A model generated the notes under the pieces. It did no database searches. It was not told the DNA's origin and saw only the letters and a list, made by a program, of their open reading frames with translations. Below, piece by piece: positions 23,889 to 39,700 of a stretch of DNA of 64,000 bases (position 1 is its first letter; each line of letters opens with the position of its first letter). The stretch comes from the human T2T-CHM13v2.0 reference genome, Homo sapiens: assembly GCF_009914755.1 (NCBI RefSeq), contig NC_060925.1; one strand, 5' to 3'. Made by a program: the position numbers and the translations under genes.

Positions 23889-26879
23889 GTGAGTCCCACC
23901 CCTCACTTCTTGCCAGCTTCCTCCACCCAGTCTGCCCCTGCTGCCTTGATGGATCCTCAGTCCCAGGAAGCCAGCTGTCATAAACTGTGCCCACGCCATG
24001 CCAGCCCCCGAGTGCTGGTGGAGGACTAGGCACTGCCCAGGCACAGTGTGTGTGTCTCTGGGAGCACACGTGTGGACCAGTCTGCACCACTCGGCTTGGG
24101 CTATGGCCTGTGCTTTTCAGGGCAGTGGGCTGAAAGGCTCTGAGCGTTCAGGATGACCCCTTCCTTGACTGATGCTGATGCTAGAAGGGCCCTTCATTTT
24201 GCTGGACTCCAGAAAGGGCATATCACCTTCCTGGGACCACAAAATTTAGGGCAGAGCCAGGACCAGAGGTAGGCTCCCTGCCCACAGGTATAGCACACTT
24301 GAGACTGCAGAGGGCTTTCAGGAGGAGGTGGCATTTGAGCGGAGTCATGAAAAATACGGAAACCTTCCCCCAAACACTTGACACCTTAGGAAATACCTGT
24401 TGAAAGAATGAAATTTAATCCTTTTATAAGATTAATAAAGGTCAGTCGTTAGCTGGTATTCTCTGTAAGCTGGGAATTTTGAGAGCGAGTGTGTAAAGTC
24501 AGGTCATCCCTGTGGTGTGTACTACGAGGCAGGTGTGATTGAGTTTTATGGCCTTGATTACCAGCTCCTTCCAGACTAGGATGGCTAAAAGCCCCCTCTC
24601 TCCTTAATGAAAGTCATTAGCTGCACAGTGTGGAGCCAGTCCAATGGGGCTCGAGCTTCACCCGGGCAGGTTGGGCACACAGGTCACTGGGTCCTCACTC
24701 CTGCTTCAGCCTGGCGGCAGCAGCTTCTCTTCCACTTATCTTAGATGTTGTGAGATTGTGCTTAAAAATCATTTTCCACTGATTCAAGGGAAGAAAGTTT
24801 GAAAGCCACTGGCCTTGATAATTCCAGGGTGTCTATTGAACCTTCAAGGCAGGTATTATACCCCATTGTAGCATCGAGAAAAAAAGGCTCAGAGAAGTTA
24901 AGTTTTTGGCCAGGGTCACAAAACTGGTGAGAGAGAGACTGGGATTCCAGTTACACAGCTGGTTGGTGACAGAGCCGGGTCGTGCACCTCAGTCGCCCTG
25001 ACTCTGGAGCCCAGGTGCTTTCCACTGCCCTTCCCTCCCTCCCACAGAGGTAGAACACACATGGCCCTTGACTCACACCAGCACTGCTGCCTGCCTGACA
25101 TCTGTGGGCACTGCCCAGGGAGAGCCAGGCATCTCCAGCCTCCACACAAAGAGAGGGGCTCTGGCCAAGTAAAGCACGTTCCGTCTGCTCACACAGAAGT
25201 CTGGAGCCTGGCGTCCAGGGCAGCGCTCTGATTGACAGGCCTGCCAGACGGCCTTTGTTAAGAGTGTGATCTCAGTCGGTTTATCTGGGCCTGAGCTGCC
25301 ACCACAGGCCCCAGGCAGGAGCTGTGATCCAGGGAGATGCTTGGCTGAGAAGCTTGGAATTAAAGCACTAATAATCCCTCTTCCACCCTCTCAAGTCTGG
25401 AGAGAGAATCAGGCATTGATTTGTGAGCTGTTTCAAACCCAAGAGCCCCTGAATCACTTTCATCCTTGTCCTGCTGCCCCCTGCCAAGGCTTGGAGGTGC
25501 TCTCCAGAACAGTTTCCTCCTTCCTGTTCCTGTCCCTGCCCACCTGCTGCTGCTTGGCTTCCTCTGCCCTCCTGTTCACAGGACAGCACTGGCCCTGGAG
25601 GTGGGCAGACCTAGGGTCCAATTCTGCCTCCCCCGTCGTGTCCCAGCCACGTGACCCGTGGCAGTTATCTGACCTCTGAGGACCTCACTCGGGTCTTGGT
25701 CTGTAAAATGGGAGTGAGAGGACCTATCTATTAGGGCTCCTGAGAATAGATAAGGCGATGCATGTAAAATACCTAGCACAGGGTCTGGCACATAGTAGGT
25801 ACTTAAAAGTGAGATTTCTTCCCTTCCTGCTGGTTGAACGAAGTTAGGAAGTGCTGGGTTAATCTAAGGAGATTTTTGCAGACTCTTCCAAGCCTTTAAT
25901 ATGCTCATGTGTGACCCACTAATGTGGGGAGCAGTATATGGGGTTTCTCAAACTCACTTAACAAAGAACACTTTTAAGAGTACTAAAAAATACTTTGTAG
26001 GACACCAGGACTCCATGAAACTCAGCTCAGGATGTGTTGCTCTGAAGCATCTGGATAGAGAAGTGAATGACAGGAACTACATCCAAAACTCAGTATTATT
26101 TCTTACGACATTTGTGTGTTTCTTGGTTAAGCTCTGAGTTGTGCAGTCATCCCCTCTCCAGATCCTCTGATGGGGCCCTGTGCTGTGGTAAGGGGTTGGA
26201 TTCCATCCCTTGAAGAAGGGACAGAAGCAGCAAAATGTTCATCAGTGAGGCCACTTGCCTGAAGTCACCCAGTGTATCTTGCCTCAGAAACAGCTGCGCT
26301 ACACCCACATTGCCAACCTCTTCTCCCAAAGGCCCCCCTGGCACTTGAGTTTAAGTCACCACATGTGCCAGACAGGGGGTCCTGTGGGGTTGGGATGCGT
26401 TCAGACCCTTCCCCAGTGCAGAGCAGCGCTGGACAGAAGTCAGCTGAGTGGGCTATGGAGTCAGCCAACTTGGGATCCAGTTCTGCCCCTTAACCACAAA
26501 GCAGCTCTGCGGCCCTGGGCCTGTAGCTTCATCTCACTGAACCTGTTTTTCATAATTACAGCAAGAATAGTAATAGAACCCACCGCCTAGGATTCTGAGC
26601 ACCCAAGCACAATCGCCCTGGCATATACAGAAGGGCTCTGTCACTGTGACCGTTCAGCTGTTCCCATGCTTATCTGAGGTTGCCTGTGTTCCTTCTTGCC
26701 TTCAATAATTTGGCAGGTGTTTGCTGAATGCCCCCTTCCAAATGCCCTGTGCCTGTGTGTTTGGGGCCGTGCATCTACCCCATCAGGAGCCCCCCACTTC
26801 AGGGGTGAGAGCTATGTTTGGTCAGCCCATCTGGCTAACTCTCTCTCCTCTCCGCCTCTCTGCTGTGTGTGCCGTGCAG

Positions 26880-27090
26880 GTGTCAGAACCAGGAGGAGAC
26901 TTCCAGCCAAGCTACTACCTGCCGCCGCCGCCGCCGCCACTGCCGCCCCTTCCACCGCTTCCACCGCAGCCCCAGTTCCTCCCGCCAGGCTACCTCTCTG
27001 CGCTCCACTTCCTCCCCCCGCCACCGCCACCACCACCTCCATCATCTTTCTCACTGACCGTCCTGTTTGATACTGACAAGGAGAACACTG
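26880..27090 (+). CDS. DMRTB1: DMRTB1 coding exon 3 (proline-rich)
   Basis: Acceptor tgcag|GTG; VSEPGGDFQPSYYLPPPPPP..DTDKENT; donor G|GTGAGT; 211 nt, phase 1. Confidence 0.95.
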
Positions 27091-28450
27091 GTGAGTGAGC
27101 TCCAGTCTTCCAGCTTCAGCGAGAGCCAGGGAGACTTTCTGGAGGAAGAGGTACCTAATCTGAAGAAAGGTTAGGTGTGGAGAGAAGGGACATGGAATTT
27201 AAAGGGTGTTGAGCCCTAGAATGAGCTCCTTCTTACACCCTTCCTCCAGTCCCCATAGGCACACATCTAAGGGAGGTGGGAATGGGATTCCAGGTGAGGA
27301 AACCAGGGCCTCCAGCAGTTCTCTTGGGTATAAATGGCAGAGCTGGGATTTGAACAGAGTTTTTCAGTCTAGCTCCCAGTCTAGTGCCTGTTCACTCACC
27401 TTATTGGCTCGTGGGCGGTGCTGTGGAAGACAGCAGGCATATGGTGTGTTTGGAAGACCAGAGGTGCCAGGCCTCTCTAGCTGGGGTAGGGGAGCAGATG
27501 GAGAGACTGGAGCAGCAGCAGGAACCCGTGTGGTGGGGCTGTGCCTCTGCCCCAGGCCACTCTGAGGGAACCAGACCAGGAGCTAGAGAATCTGTCCTTC
27601 ACAAGCTCTGCCACTGGGGCACTGGATGATCCTGGGCACTGAGGCTTTTCAACTATAAAAGGGGCCCCCTTACTAGGTTACTGTGAGGGTCGAAGAAACT
27701 TTTGGATGTGAAAATGTTTTGGGTTTTCTTTTGAGGGCCCTTGCAGCTTTAAAGCTTCTAGGACATTTTTCCTTTCAGTCTTCCCCTGGGGCTCCTATGA
27801 TTTGGAAAGAACTGACAAACTCAACTAGGCCTTTAAAATGACTGTCAGACCATCTTATGAGCTAGAGGAGTCTGGTGGTATCACCATTTTACTGAAGAGG
27901 AAACTGAGGCCTGTTGCACACTTCCTGTGTGTGCAGTGCCTAGATCCAGTAGCTGGAGAGGTGGTTTCATGTGGCTGAAAACCACTGGCCCCAGTGCTGG
28001 GTGGCCTGGGTGTGAGTCCTGGCTCCAGCACTTGCCCAGCTGTGTAACTTGAGCAAGCTCATTTACTCTTTGGTGCTCCAGTTTCATCATGTGTAAAAGG
28101 AGACTAATAATGGTCCCTACCTCATGAGGATTCTGAGGATTAAACAGAACCTGAAGTGATGAAGGCATTGGTGAAGGTGGCCTATCACTGTCTGTTTCAC
28201 TTAGTGCCCATGCTGCCATTGCAAGGTGGATACGTCTCATTTTACAGAAGGGGAAGCTGAGGTTCAGAGCTGTGGAGTATCTTGCTAATTCCTCCCAGCT
28301 TGTGACGAGCAGAGCAAGAGCTGGAACTTGAATCTGAATCACATGGCCAAGGCTAGGATTCCAGGCTCCTGGCGCCTAACAAGTTAAAGAAAATACATTC
28401 TCCCCTAGGGCTGGGAATGATGAGAAAGGCTTATGGAAAATCTGTATCTG

Positions 28451-28831
<381 letters not shown>

Positions 28832-28837
28832 TCACAG

Positions 28838-28905
28838 ATGACCAGGATGCAGAGGTACTGTCGGGTGAGCCCAGCCAGCCATCGTCTCAGGAGCAGTCCG
28901 ACTAG
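28838..28905 (+). CDS. DMRTB1: DMRTB1 coding exon 4 to the stop codon
   Basis: Acceptor ttcacag|AT; (D)DQDAEVLSGEPSQPSSQEQSD*. Exon sum 577+173+211+68 = 1029 nt = 342 aa plus stop. Confidence 0.95.
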
Positions 28906-29711
28906 GCCCCAGGCCCGCCCTCCTGGCCAGCAGAGTGGGGCACTGGGGGGCAACAGCAACAGTTTTCTTGTCTTCATTCAGTGATATGTAGGGAGGAAGG
29001 AGGTTGATAGCATAGATGGCAACTGATTCCCAGTTTAAGATAGGAGGAAGGAGAGCAATTTCTAAGTTTCAATCCTGCGCTGTACAGTTGAAGAAGAGTG
29101 TGGAGGAAGCTATTACCAGGGGAGGGCCAGGGCTCTGAGGAGTGGGCGCTGGGAGAAGCTCCCATTTAGGAATGAATTTAACTGTCCTTGGGTTACACTA
29201 CCATTTATTGGAACAAGCCCCAGAGGCAGTATTTGATTTCCTCAGGCCCCACTCTAGGACAGGAGGCACCATCTATTTCAGCCTTCTGCTGCCTTTGCCT
29301 GGTCCTCCAGGTTGCTGGGGGCACCACAGACATCAAGATTCCAGTTCATCCAGGTGGCTGGAGCCAGCAGCCAGGACCAGGGTCGTTGACAGCAGGTTCT
29401 GCAGCATCCTGCCTTGCTGCTCTGTCCCCCACATCTTCCTGGCCACAGCCCCTTGCCCCTCCTCTAAGGGGTTTTACTAGCAAGCATCCTGGCTGCTGGG
29501 GCTACTTCATTCCCCCTCCATAAAGTTTCAGCCATTATGGGCACTGGTTTTAAAAAATTTATTAGTTTGACTATTTGATGTTTTTATAGTGATTGCCAAC
29601 TTTAAAAAGTAGGCTGTTCATAAGCACTGATGCAGTCCCTAGGGAATAGAATGGTGCTTCTGATCACCTGTGACATGAACAGTTTCTTCTGTGAGGACAG
29701 TTGGCTATTGA

Positions 29712-29717
29712 AATAAA
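29712..29717 (+). terminator. DMRTB1 polyadenylation signal AATAAA
   Basis: First canonical AATAAA I found after the stop, giving a ~0.83-kb 3'UTR; G/T-rich sequence follows. Confidence 0.8.
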
Positions 29718-30975
29718 ATGAGCAATGGAAATCCTTGTGGAAGGCTTATTCTCCCTTTGATCCTGGTGGAAGGTAGGGTTGGCAGGAGCCTGAGTTGGGG
29801 AGATTGGGGGCCTTGGTTTGTGGCCTGTGGCTGGCCTTGTCTGCACTTGCTTAGTTCCTATTTTTAGTTCCTGCCCTCCCTGTTCTACCTCCCCTTTCTT
29901 TATCAAGTGAGGGGATTGGGCCAGGCTAGTAGACTTCTTTATTATTACTGTTGTTATTTTAAGCAATGGAGACCTTTTAAGGAAATCTGATGTAGACACA
30001 CAAAATGTAAAGATGTCTTAGTTTCCTTCCTCCAGCTCCTTCCATAGTCCCTGCATAGGAACATGCATTTAAAAAAACAGAACTTGAACCAATTCTGTTT
30101 TAGGGTCCTCGGCTTCTTCCATTGGTTGCATTTATACCTTCATTTAGAAAACATCCTGTGTTTCTACTAGATTCAGAACTTGACAGTTCCCAGCTCTGCC
30201 CATGAGGAACATGACATCTAGTGGGAGAGACAGAGAGTCTTAGGGGATTCATACTAGAACAGAGAGGTAGGGAGGCTGTGGGAGTGGTCAGAGAAAGCCT
30301 TCTGCAGGAGTCAGGGCCTCAACCACAACATAAGGGGCAATAATGAGTTAGGCAGAGAAGAAAGAGATGAGTACTCCCAGTAAGGATGCAGAGGAGGATG
30401 GGGACCTGGTGTGAAGGATTCCATGGTCAGGGCAGTGTCCTGTTCTCTGTCCAGGGAAGGGCTGGCACCCAAGAGAACAGGTCAACTTTACTTCCTTTTT
30501 TGCCTGTGGGCAGAGGTGTCCAGGCATCCTCCTAAGTCCTGGGATAGGTAGTGGGGGGATCATTGAGAAGTGATACCCTAACTATTCTCTTACGTCAGTG
30601 TGGTGGCTGGGGCCTAGGGCCTGGGCTTTGTTGGAAGGCACTGGAGGCAGGCACTGTCACAAGAACTTTTCAGTTACTGCTATACAGACATAAGAGTGTT
30701 TTCAGCAGGGCAGACCACGCATGCTGAGGCCTGAGGTCTGCAGGTCAGCACTGGTGTCAGCCTGGACAGGATGATGCGGTGATTTGGGACTACCCTGGCT
30801 TGGGGGCTGAAGCTATCACTTACCCCAGTGCTGGTCTTCCCCTTGGGGACCACAGTGCTGCAGGACCCTGAGAGGGTGGGAGAAGACATGCCTTTTGGTT
30901 GCACTTGACATCAATCACCATGCCCTAACTGAACCCCTGACCTGCCAGTACAGCAGGGTGGGGCTGGATTGGTAA

Positions 30976-31313
<338 letters not shown>

Positions 31314-32036
31314 TGGTAACCTTACTTTTTCATAACACTTGAAGTTTTATCTTAGACTCCACATTTTGAAAGATTTTCCAACCAAGTTGCACTACTCAAA
31401 TAAAGCTGCTTTCCTGTTTCTGGTCAGCACACACGCAGAAGTATGAAACAGTCTCTGTGGCCACATGGACACCACAACTATTCCAGACCAATGCAAGGAA
31501 ATGGGTTGTTTAGTTAGCCTGTGGGGAGATAGGAGGCTTTGGTCTTTGGAGAAGAGTAATGTCCTGTTGGAGGGGTTGATGCTCACACGACTCCAGGATG
31601 GGAGGATTTCTCATTTCCCCTGTAGGCCTGTGAGCTGATGAATCTCCAGAAATTGGTCGGCATCTTTCCTGGAGCCTTGGAGGCACCTGCTGGGGTGAAA
31701 AGACCAACTGGGGGTCAGGGGCTTGTCCCAGTGCTGCCCCCTGGCTTACTGGTTTTCAGGAAGGCCTGCCTTCCTACCTTTCCCCGGTATGAACCCCAAG
31801 TTGTGAGCACCCAGCCTGCCCTTTCCTGCCCCTGTGGGCTCACTGCGGTTACTTCCCCTGGTAGGTGGTAGACCCCTGCTCCCCGCAGCTTTGCCAGGCA
31901 GCCCAAGCCATGATCCCTGAATGCCCAGCTCCTCCAGGCAGGCCTCCAGCAGCAACAGCATGAGCACTGAAAAACCAGTTCTGCTCATGTTGCTGCTCTG
32001 CATACAAGCCCTCCGTGGCTCCTTCCTGCTCCCTCT

Positions 32037-33110
<1,074 letters not shown>

Positions 33111-33924
33111 GCTCTTAAGCCTCTGTCCCCAACTTCCAATGTGGGGCTTGGCCCTGGTTAGCCCAGTGCATGTTGCCAATGGATGCGTGAATCCAGGGCA
33201 TGTGTGGTTTTCCGGGTGGAGGGTTCAGTTGGCCCAGCCTTTGGCCACCTACTGCGGTATCTTTTGCCTTACATTTTTGCTCTGTTTGCTGGGACATTAC
33301 AGAGGGGTCAGAAAGTCAGCTTTCGTTGAAACTATACTGTGTGCCAAGCCCTGCATTCCTTCCCTGGTTTAATTCTCACCACGACCCATGGAAGGGTTGC
33401 ATTATCATCCCCGTTCTAGAAAGTGGGGCACACACAGGGATGGAGATTTGCCCGAAGTCACACCGTTTGTAAGTGGCAGAGCCCCAGGTATAATAGAAGT
33501 GTGGACAAGGGTGTGCAGAGGGCAACATGGGTCCCTGGGCACCAGTTACGGAGTTTTTAATATCCATTTTGCTTTGAGTTGCCATCCTGGGATTTATTGA
33601 ACACAGAACCCATGACGCGCCCTAGTTTCTGGGCAAATTCAGGCGCAGCATGGGGAGTGTGGCCTAAGGGCATTTACCTCCTCAACCACTGCCCACTCCA
33701 TTCACCATAGCATGCAAGGCCCCGAGGGAATCCTAAAGCTGGCATCATGGTGAGTCAGCAGGAAGAGCCCTCAGGGTCTCAGGTATAACGCCCCAGTCCA
33801 CCAGAGATTTTCAGCATCTCTGCGGCTTGAGCTCCTGCTGTGGCCTAGGCTTCACCATGAGCCCCACTACGTGAGATGAGATTGGCAGAATGCTTGCTAT
33901 TGTGGCCAGGATGGAGCAAGGTGA

Positions 33925-34241
<317 letters not shown>

Positions 34242-35158
34242 TAGAGGTACTCTGCTCCCTCTTGGAGACAAAATGTATCCTCAAGCCATGGGGGGAGGGG
34301 GGGATGAGGTCCTCTCCTAGCAGTCCTGGAGATTCTCACAGCTCCTTCCACTGCTGGGTGCTATGGTCTTGGTGGGCCTGGGCCTAGGCTCCTCTTCCTG
34401 AGGTGCTGCGTGAGCCAAGGCCTCCTCTCCTTGGCTAAGGCTGGGGTCTTTGGACCTCGCTCTTCTTCCTTTTCTCTTCCTAGCTGTGTATTGTTGGGCT
34501 CATCATGTAATTTTTCCAAGCCTTACTTTGTCCTCTGGTAACATTGGTTCAGTGGTGCTCTGAGGATGCAGGAGTGCTTGTGTGAAACACCTTCTTTGAT
34601 GGCACCTGTGTCATTGGATGCTTGAAGGCAGTGACCTTTTTGAGACCACGTCAGAGGCTAGAAATGACCAAGGCTCTTTACTTCCTGGTGCTCCCCACAT
34701 TCCAGGCACTGTGCTGAATGCTTCCTACGCATTCTGTCTCTGAGTCCTCAGAGTGACCCCTCAGGCAGGCACCAAGTACCTCATCTTACAGATGGCAAAA
34801 CTGAGGCCTACAGAGATTAGATTTTCCCCCTCAGTTGCCCTGTCCATAAGTGGCAAATTCAAGTTCCACCTGAGTGCAGAGCTAAGTTCCTAGCTGCACT
34901 GTGCTCTCCTGCTTCTCTGAGAGGGAGTCTTGGGGAAGTGGTCCCCCCAGGACTTGCTGCCCAGCTGGGGTTCAGTGAGTGTGGACCAGTCAAAAGCAAA
35001 GAACAACTAGCTTAGGTCCTACACGAGGAATGAAATCATTTCTCAGAAATTTCCAAATCCTTTAATTTCATTTTGAAAATGATGAACAAACAAACATGAA
35101 GTTGAGTTTTTAAAAAAAACATGAGTATTAATAGCATATTAAAATTTAAGCCTTGTAG

Positions 35159-35516
<358 letters not shown>

Positions 35517-35787
35517 TCAAATGTTACCTGGGAAATAGTTTTGATTTTTCCTAGGATAGTTTCTTTTCATGGTTATTTCTTCATCTTTCTCCAGGCTTTT
35601 TGTTTGTTTTTGTTTAAACATAATTAATTATAAATATAAATAATGCACAAACATGGTAAACAATTTTAAAGTATGAGCAAGGAACAGATATGTTTTCCCA
35701 CCTCTATTTCTCATGCTCACTTATATCCTTCAGAGATATCCCTCTTTTTTGTGTCTCTTTCCAGAGATAATTTATACATATAAAAGC

Positions 35788-36180
35788 TTTTTTAGATTAA
35801 ATTTTAATTCTGAGGTTGTTATAGATTCATACTCAGTTGTAAGAAATAATACAGAGAAATCCTGTGTACCATTTACCCAGCTCCCCCCGATGGTGACATT
35901 GTGCAAAACTACAGTACAACATCACAACCAGAATATTGACATCGATAAGATCCATCCCATTTATTCTGACTCAGTTTTACAGTTCACATTCAAATTAATT
36001 TTTGTATCAGGTGTTGAGGTGTAGATTAAGGTTCCTTTTTTTGCCTGTGGATGTCCAGTCGCTCCAGCACCATAGACTCCTCCACTGAATTTCTTGGTGC
36101 CTTTGTTAAAAATCAATTGAGCAGATGTATGTGGGCCTATTTCTGGGTTCTCTATTCTGTTCAATTGATCTGTGTTTTGA
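35788..36180 (-). mobile_element. Old L1 (L1M) 3' end plus ORF2 fragment
   Basis: L1M-type 3' end (gttgtaagaaataatacagagaaatcctgtgtacc). The minus frame reads DQLNRIENPEIGPHTSAQLIFNKGTK, L1 ORF2-like. Confidence 0.8.
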
Positions 36181-36246
36181 ACAAACACACATACAGTGGC
36201 ATATGATCCACACTTTTGCATGTCACTATGTTTGTTAACATCAGAT

Positions 36247-36737
36247 CAGGGTTTCTGAGCCTTTTTTTCATGCCATGAACCCCATCGTCAGTCTGGTGAA
36301 GCCAGTGACCCCTTCTTAGAGTAGTGATTTAAGTGGATAAAACAAAACGCATAAGGTTATAGAGGAAACCAATTAGGTTTAATACACTTGTCAAAATAGA
36401 GAAATACATTTGCCACTTAGTAATACATGTTATTCCTGGCTAACACATTAAATACCAAGGTCTAGCCGTGGATCTAATCACTAGTAATAGTTTCAAAGTA
36501 GTGATGTAATTGATCTTTTGAGATACGTGCCACAACCGTAAAGTGAGACGAGAATATCTGTGATTTCTGTCAGTGACCAAGTCACAGCTAATTCTACTGG
36601 GGTTTTGGGGCCTACATTCATAATTAAAGGAGACACTGAATTATAGTTAGAGGTTAGTGAAAAATCAAGCTGTGATTCCCTCATCCTAGTTCACAGAGCC
36701 CTTAATTCTCTCTAGGACCCCAGTTATGAACTTCAGC
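36247..36737. mobile_element. hAT-Charlie DNA transposon remnant (MER119-like)
   Basis: cagggtttctgagccttttttt..gccatgaacccc..cagtctggtgaagcc ... ggacccccagttatgaacttcag. Confidence 0.6.
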
Positions 36738-39700
36738 ATTAGAGCTTGAAGATCCTCACATCTTCTTTCTTGTTAGCAGCTGTGTAGTATTTCGTTGAAT
36801 TGATGCACCCTTATTTAATCCTACTAAGAGACGTTTAGGTTGTTTCCAATCTTTTGCTATGACTGCTAACTTAATTTCCTGAAGGTTTCTCCTGCTAAGG
36901 TTTTCTTCTCAAGCAGGGCCACTACGCCAATCCCACTGCATTCAGGATAGACCCTTAGCCAGTCTGCGGAGGATGTCTGGGTAAGCAGGCTCCAGCCTCA
37001 CCTCTTACCCCTTCTGGAACTGTCCAGCCTCCATACAACAGCATCCTTTGCTTCTCCCAAGCCTAGGATCAGGGGTTTCATGACAGTCCTGGTGAGCGAG
37101 CAGTTGGGTAGGCGGGCTGGGGAGGGTTCCCCAAGCTGTGCGGCATCCTGTGAGCAGATGTAAAACTCCTCTGTGCCTTTGTGCTACATTTTATTAACAG
37201 CAGATCGCAAGATGCTAACATTTTATCATGTCAGCTCTTGCATTTGAGCTAGCACAGGCATTGGCCTGTGAGTAATTAGCTGCTGGGTGGTGTCTTTTCT
37301 TCATCTTCTTTCTTTTTTTTTTTTTTAATTGAAATCAGAAAATCTGTTTTCTTTTCTTTGTTTCTTTCTTCTTGGTAGTAGATGCAATCCATGGAACACT
37401 CCACGTGGACTTGGCTGTTTCTCCGCATTCATGGACAATTAATTTCCAGCTATAATCCAGTTTCCCACCAAACACTGAGTTGCCTCCCAACGCTGTCGAC
37501 CACTTGCTGGAACAATTGTCCCCCCTTTGCATGGGAAAGCAAGATATCATGACACTTTGTTCTGATGTGCAAAACATACCTGGTTTTGAGACCCTGGCCA
37601 TTTCCATTGTCAGTCTTTAATTAAATCAGTGGTTTTCTACATCTGGCTCTTGGATTTTTAATTTTTCAATTTGGACTGATTTTTTTTTTTACTACCGTGG
37701 CATATTCACATCAGTCATGGAGTGATGTCAGCCACCATCTGCAACATCAGAAACAGCCCATGTTCTATCCACTAAGGCAATAGCATTTATTGGGTGCCTA
37801 GGACATGTTAGGCTTTGTGCTGGGCCCTTAGGATGAGCTAGATATTGTCCTTATGCATTGCAGCATGAGCGTCCGAATACCCAGATATGAGCATTTCCCC
37901 ACATAAAACTCTTCCCTGGTTCTCCGCTGTTTGGGGGATTGAGAGGCAAAGGTCAGTAATCAAAGTCCTCTCACAACCTCCAGTTCAGCTGACCATTTCG
38001 GGGGTTTCTATGCCACATTGTCCCCGTTGCATTAGAATTTCCCAAAATGCCTTCAGCCCTTGCTCACGCAGCACCCTCTGCCTGGGTCACCCCTCCCACG
38101 GGGCCTCCTCCCTACTCCATGGAGCCTGTTCTGAGCTTCCCCAGAAGTCCAGCCTTGCTCTCCTTTGTTCTCTGTCCGTTGCTGCCAGGCATGGCTTGCA
38201 TATGTCTCCAAGACATTATTGCACTTGTTTCTTCTGTGCAATTCTTCTTTCTTCTTACCTCGAGGGTAAGGATTACATCTCACTCACTGATTGAAATCAC
38301 CAGCCACAACTTCGTGGCCAAATCCAGTGGACAGTTCTCTGTCTTCTGCTTCCTTGACCTCCCGCTGCATTTGCACACACTTCTCCAGACTTCAGGGCAG
38401 CACTCTCCTCTCATCTGATTCCTGCCTCCTGGGCTGCCCCTCCTTCACTCATGCTCCTCCTCCTTCTCTGCCTGCCCTCTGGCTATTGGGGCTTCAGCCC
38501 CTCCTTTATTCTTGTGGATGCTCTTCTTCTGGGGTGCTCATCCAGGTCCATGCTTTTGCTCCATCTTGTGTGCAGCGAGGGCTCGCCTGGGCTCCAGACT
38601 TATGTCTCCTTTGTTGTCTCAGCCTCTCTGACTGTATGTCTAAAAGGTGTCCTGGCAGTGGGGGTTCTGGTAGGAAACGGAGGCCAACTTGGTAGGTTCA
38701 AGAGATTTAATTTCTTGATTAATCACAGTCCACCAACTCTTAGAGTTGTGGGCAGGGTTAAGGGAAACAAAGAGACACTGGTGCCCTCAGAGACGCTGCA
38801 GCAGGAACTCGTTACCATCCCAGGGCCAAAGGGACAAACTGGTGTCCCCAGATCCCAGAGCGAATGGGAGCCTGTGGAGGAAGGTCTGCCCTGTGCGGTT
38901 GTGCTCATGAAGACATGTGACTGCAGCCAGGAAAAGCAGCCCTGCACACAGAGGGACCCGGGAGAAGCATCCCTGCCGTGCTCTCCTCCTGCCCTCTGCT
39001 CTCTTGCTAGTGCCATCCACTGTCCAGACCCAAGCCGACAGCAGAGGGTCAAGGGGCCTGGGCGAGGCCATTCACACACCCTGGCTCAGCCTCATGTGGC
39101 AAAGAACAGGGCAGAGAAGGGCGAAGAATAGGCTGGGGCGGGGTGGATAGACAGGACTAACACAGTCTGCCCCTTTGCTGCTCAATGTCTATTCTTGCCC
39201 TTCTTTCAGAGCAAGAAACTCTAGTTTCCAAAATGGGGGCAGAGACACAGAGCCCGTCAGCCACCGAGTCAGCGTGCAGCAATGGCATTTCAGTCATGCT
39301 CCCACCAGAAGCCTAAACCAGAACCCTAACTCAATGGTAGGAGATGGGGAAAGAAATCAACCAATAAACACAGCCTGCAGGCAGTGGCTGTAGTCACCAC
39401 GTCTGTAGCTGACCAAGAAGCAGAGGACAGTCATCATGGCTTCTTTCTTCCAGCACCCACCCCATGCTCCCCTCACCCTTGGAGCCCCTTGGCTGGTGAT
39501 AGTTCTCTACCTGGTAGGTGACCCAGTTCTTCAGTCCTGCCAGGCCCGAATCCCCAGTCAGCCTGCTTTGGTTGCCTGCTGCAGTTTCCCCTGGCAGTTA
39601 GAGGACATGGGAGCACCTCTCCCTGACCTCCGTGGATGCCCAGGTTCCAGGCAAAGCTCCCTTTTTCTCATCTGGCAGCAGAGCCCAGCTGCTGCATGGT

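Noticed and set aside
38451-39131. 226-aa ORF, and similarly 43243-43869 (208 aa) and 60843-61451 (202 aa)
   Set aside because: No homology recognised and no clear exon structure. The first two run across old L2/LTR remnants, and such lengths occur by chance in GC-rich DNA.
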